Origin: Maribacter sp.
Lineage (GTDB): Bacteria; Bacteroidota; Bacteroidia; Flavobacteriales; Flavobacteriaceae
Direction: 5' to 3'
DNA: 64,000 nucleotides
NCBI RefSeq assembly: GCF_049667165.1
Contig: NZ_JBATHS010000028.1
Coordinates: 20,591 to 84,590, forward strand
Shown: piece after piece, positions 60,658-64,000 of the stretch
Position numbering within the stretch: the first letter of the stretch is position 1
How the letters are laid out: each line of letters begins with the position of its first letter
Made by a program: the position numbers and the translations under genes
The notes under the pieces: generated by a model
What the model was told of the DNA's origin: nothing
The model's input: only the letters and a program-made list of their open reading frames with translations
The model's database searches: none

Positions 60658-63213
60658 TTACTTTGTTGGATCTTTAGATTCAATATCAATAATTTGTTGT
60701 TGACTTTCAAACCCACCTGCTTTAGCAATCACTTTCACTTTTCCTGCTATTTTTGTTGACTGAAGAATCATTAAGCATCTCCCTTTTGCTGTTACAATAC
60801 TATGCGATTGAAAATCTTGAATATTTTCTCTTGCACCATTATCTACTCCTAGCAATTTTGCCTCACCAACAATTTCAAATTCAATTTTGGTATTTTCGGT
60901 TTTTACTGGAAGGCCGTCTTTATCTACCAATTGAACTTCAATATGTGCTACATCATAAGCATCTGCTTTTAAAGATGTTTTATCTGAAGTCAATACAAAA
61001 CCTACTGGCTCAGAAGTTGTTTTTAATTCTGCCGTAATTTCACTTCCGTCAAATCCTGCTTTTGCTGTTAAAGTACCAGCTTCATATGGCATTGTCCAAC
61101 GGAATAAACGATCTGGACTCTCAGACATACTTCTTCTTCCCAAAGAACGTCCATTTATAAAAAGTTCAACCATAGAATAATTTGAACAAACCTCAACTAC
61201 AACAGGCTCTCCATCCTCATAATTCCAGTGCATATTAGAATCTCTCCATTTGTAGGCCCCACTATTTTCTGGCAATTGCTGACCAGAGATTCCAGTTTGT
61301 TTAAACCCAGATTCGGCTACTGGCAATGTACCAATGGAGATGTGGGGTTTATTTACCCAAATGCTTTTAAAATAGTTCCATCCTTGCAGCTCAAATCCGG
61401 CCAAATCAAGAATATCACCCCAACCACTTTTTGCAGGCCAGTCCCCATGTCTTTCTCCCATATAATCAATACCTGTCCACATAAAAACACTAAATACTCC
61501 TGGATTTTCTATGACTTGTTTCCAGTCATCCCAAGTTCCAGGGTTTTCGTTAATGGTAACTTGCTTATTAGGAAAATGCTTAAGGGCCCAAGGAATATCT
61601 TTGTTTCTGTAACTAAATCCAACAATATCCACAGCATCTGCATAGCCACTTACCATACTTGTTTGTGGAATAACCAAATTAGCCGTGGTAACTCTTGAAG
61701 GATCCAATTCTTTTACCCATCCATTGATTTTTTTTGCTGTTTCGGCTAAAATATACTCACCTTTTTCAGAGGCATCGTATCTTTTTTTCATTTCCTCAGG
61801 GGTAAACATTGGCTCGCTTCCCCAATATTCACCAGCGTTTTGAGGATCCTTTGGGTCTTTCCAAAAACCTGTAACGTATCTATAATGCAGATAAGTCCAT
61901 TCAATTTCATTTCCAATACTCCATTGGAATACGCTAGGATGATTTCTATCTCGCAACATAGTACGTGTTAAGTCACTTTTTCCCCATTTTTGAAAATGCT
62001 CTACATAACCACGAGAGATATAATCGTCATGACGATCATGGTAGTTCTGTCTTTTGTCTTTGGCATAATCCAATTCATCAAAAATTTCATTCTGAACCAA
62101 TATCCCCATTTCATCACACAAATTCATAAACTCTTCTGAAAATGGGTTATGTGATGTGCGAATGGCATTTACACCACAGGCTTTTAACTTTTCAAACCTT
62201 CGTCTCCAAACACCTTCTGGTACTGCAGCACCTACCAACCCACCATCATGATGAATACAAATACCCTTAACATCCATTGGCTTTTCATTTAAGTAAAAAC
62301 CAGACTTCACATCAAAGCGCAAGCTTCTAATTCCGAATGGTGTTGTGTATTCATCAATCACGTTGCCGTCCTGAATGATTGAAGTCACTGCCTTATACAT
62401 ATTTGGATTTTCAGTATCCCATAATTTCGGCTTAGCTACTTCCAATGCTTGTAAAAAGGAATTCTTTGACCCCACGCTTAATTGTAAATCATCTGACTTT
62501 ATCGCCACTTGATTTCCCTCACCATCCAATATTTTTGTTGAAAGGGAAAAAGAACTATCATTGGCAGATTCATTTTCAACCTTTACTTCTAGGTTAACTT
62601 TGGCACTATTTTCATTAATTTCTGGCGTAGTAAGATAGGTTCCCCAAATAGGAATATGCAATTTGCTTAGGGTTATCAGTTTTACATTTCTGTAAATACC
62701 ACTACCGGTGTACCAACGACTATCTACATAGCGTGAGTGATCTACATGGACCGTAAGAATATTTTCTTCGCTACCTTCTTTTAGCACTTCTGTTATATCA
62801 AAATATACGGGTGAATATCCATAGGGATTTTCTCCTAACAACGTTCCATTTAACCAAAAGATGGCGTTATTATACACACCATCAAAAAGAATGTAAGTAT
62901 TCTTTTCCGATTTATTTGCGGGTGTTTCAAAATGCTTTTGATATACTGCAACACCACCCGGTAAATACCCTGTAGCGCCTTCCAGTATGGAATCAAAAGA
63001 CATTTCAACACTCCAATCGTGGGGCAATCGAATATCTCTCCAATCGGTATCTATTAATGGCACTTGCGTTAATTTTGTTGTGTCTTTTTGTAATTGAAAC
63101 TTCCAATCAAAATTAAAATCGGTTTCACGATTAATAGTAGAGGTATTAGGTATTTCTTTTTGGCAGGAAAGTAAACTTGCCAACAAGAAGATTATCAAAA
63201 AGTTTGTTTTCAT
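60658..63213 (-). CDS. GH2 glycosidase (beta-galactosidase/beta-glucuronidase-like)
   Basis: 851 aa with a lipobox (SLLSC), a GH2 sugar-binding N-domain, a TIM barrel with NHPSVFQWSIGNEI, and C-terminal Ig-like domains. Confidence 0.85.
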   Translation of the reverse strand: MKTNFLIIFLLASLLSCQKEIPNTSTINRETDFNFDWKFQLQKDTTKLTQVPLIDTDWRDIRLPHDWSVEMSFDSILEGATGYLPGGVAVYQKHFETPANKSEKNTYILFDGVYNNAIFWLNGTLLGENPYGYSPVYFDITEVLKEGSEENILTVHVDHSRYVDSRWYTGSGIYRNVKLITLSKLHIPIWGTYLTTPEINENSAKVNLEVKVENESANDSSFSLSTKILDGEGNQVAIKSDDLQLSVGSKNSFLQALEVAKPKLWDTENPNMYKAVTSIIQDGNVIDEYTTPFGIRSLRFDVKSGFYLNEKPMDVKGICIHHDGGLVGAAVPEGVWRRRFEKLKACGVNAIRTSHNPFSEEFMNLCDEMGILVQNEIFDELDYAKDKRQNYHDRHDDYISRGYVEHFQKWGKSDLTRTMLRDRNHPSVFQWSIGNEIEWTYLHYRYVTGFWKDPKDPQNAGEYWGSEPMFTPEEMKKRYDASEKGEYILAETAKKINGWVKELDPSRVTTANLVIPQTSMVSGYADAVDIVGFSYRNKDIPWALKHFPNKQVTINENPGTWDDWKQVIENPGVFSVFMWTGIDYMGERHGDWPAKSGWGDILDLAGFELQGWNYFKSIWVNKPHISIGTLPVAESGFKQTGISGQQLPENSGAYKWRDSNMHWNYEDGEPVVVEVCSNYSMVELFINGRSLGRRSMSESPDRLFRWTMPYEAGTLTAKAGFDGSEITAELKTTSEPVGFVLTSDKTSLKADAYDVAHIEVQLVDKDGLPVKTENTKIEFEIVGEAKLLGVDNGARENIQDFQSHSIVTAKGRCLMILQSTKIAGKVKVIAKAGGFESQQQIIDIESKDPTK

Positions 63214-63288
63214 CTATTAAATCTTTATTTAGCTTTTACCGGTAATCCAATATATTATTCATGGATTTGGGTTATTTTTTTTCAATTT

Positions 63289-63592
63289 TTAAAGCAAATG
63301 CATGATCCCCAGTTTTATTATAATAATCTGTTTCCCTTTTTGAGGCCAATCCATTACAAAGGCATAAAGCAGATCGTCTTTAGTCACAAAACGAATATCG
63401 CTTGATGTTTGATTAGATTTTTTATCATGTTTTCCAATAACATATTCTCCTTCACCATAGGCATACCAAGGGCGTATGCCCATCCCTAGTATACAGAAAA
63501 GTTCCTTCTTCTACCTGTGCTTGGGCAGAAAGATTGTTTTGTGGAATGATAGCTATACCTAGAGCTAATAGTTGGTTAACAATCATTTTCAT
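63289..63592 (-). pseudogene. Second GH29 alpha-L-fucosidase relic (signal peptide plus short C-terminal fragment)
   Basis: The ATG at 63592 opens a signal peptide (MKMIVNQLLALGIAIIPQNNLSAQA) that runs out of frame into the 63289-63483 ORF. That ORF matches only the GH29 tail (RPWYAYGEGEY...SDIRFVTKDDLLYAFVMDWP). The catalytic core is missing and the C-terminus is also truncated. Confidence 0.55.
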
Positions 63593-63876
63593 TATGGATA
63601 ATAATTAAATGTTTCCTACTTATTAAAGTGCCGATTAAAGTTGGTTTTACCTTTTTACAGAATAGCTATCCGTTCTATATTTTTCCAATGACATATCCCT
63701 CAGAAAAAAGAATAAATAATAAGGCGATGATACTCTTACATCTAATTTTTAAATAACCATGCATGCCTTGATTTATAACATTTTAAACTTGTTGAGGACA
63801 TTAGCAGAAACCTAACAGTCCAATTCTTATCGAATATCATCAACGTAAAAGCACAGAATATTGGGCTTTTTTGATT

Positions 63877-64000
63877 TTATTCCCAAATTATGGGCATCCA
63901 AACGGTCATTTCGCTCTGGCCTCTATTCGCCCAAGCGAAATAAGGAACAAACTGGGTTTTTGAAGTTTTCCATTTTAAATCTGACATTTCACGATACATT
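63877..64000 (-). CDS. 3-prime end of a CDS running off the window (possibly GH127/DUF1680-like)
   Basis: The open frame to the window edge ends ...TQFVPYFAWANRGQSEMTVWMPIIWE with a stop at 63877-63879. From memory, the YFAWANRG..M.VW tail resembles the C-termini of DUF1680/GH127 proteins. Only 41 codons are visible. Confidence 0.35.
   Translation of the reverse strand, partial: MYREMSDLKWKTSKTQFVPYFAWANRGQSEMTVWMPIIWE

Noticed and set aside
60658-63213. An apparently lower GC content in the terminal GH2 gene (about 32-38% in three sampled 60-nt lines, against about 43% in one sampled line of the neighbouring sulfatase), considered as a hint of horizontal acquisition.
   Set aside because: The estimate rests on a few hand-counted lines only. 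Other genes in the window also fluctuate between 30 and 45% locally. It needs a proper sliding-window GC and codon-usage calculation.

Overview
This window looks like a Bacteroidota (Flavobacteriia-type) chromosome segment of roughly 40% GC. That placement rests on lipoprotein-style signal peptides, a hybrid two-component regulator with an AraC output domain, and a TAnnTTTG-type promoter box. Almost all of it is one very dense utilisation region for sulfated algal glycans. It holds 9 S1 sulfatases and one formylglycine-generating enzyme. The glycoside hydrolases are 3 intact GH29 alpha-L-fucosidases plus 2 decayed GH29 relics, 2 GH117-like enzymes, one GH16, 2 GH3, 2 GH2 and a frameshifted GH28. 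There is also a plus-strand L-fucose island (AraC regulator, FucP permease, mutarotase, lactonase-like amidohydrolase, SDR, Zn-ADH), Leloir genes galK and galT, a TRAP transporter and the hybrid sensor/regulator. No rRNA, tRNA, CRISPR array, transposase or integrase was recognised, and no SusC/SusD pair lies inside the 64 kb. Two things stand out as possibly undescribed. First, a two-gene module occurs twice, each time embedded between sulfatases: an exported FAD-oxidoreductase translationally coupled to a secreted protein with an FMN_bind-type SGAT flavinylation motif. Second, a four-gene corrinoid-dependent methyltransferase cassette (URO-D/MtaA-like, B12-binding protein, URO-D/thioredoxin-like fusion, CobW-type GTPase) lies next to FGE-galK-galT. 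It shares an 84-bp, 80%-identical upstream element with the FGE/araC divergent region. All functional calls come from motif and family recognition by eye; no database search was run.
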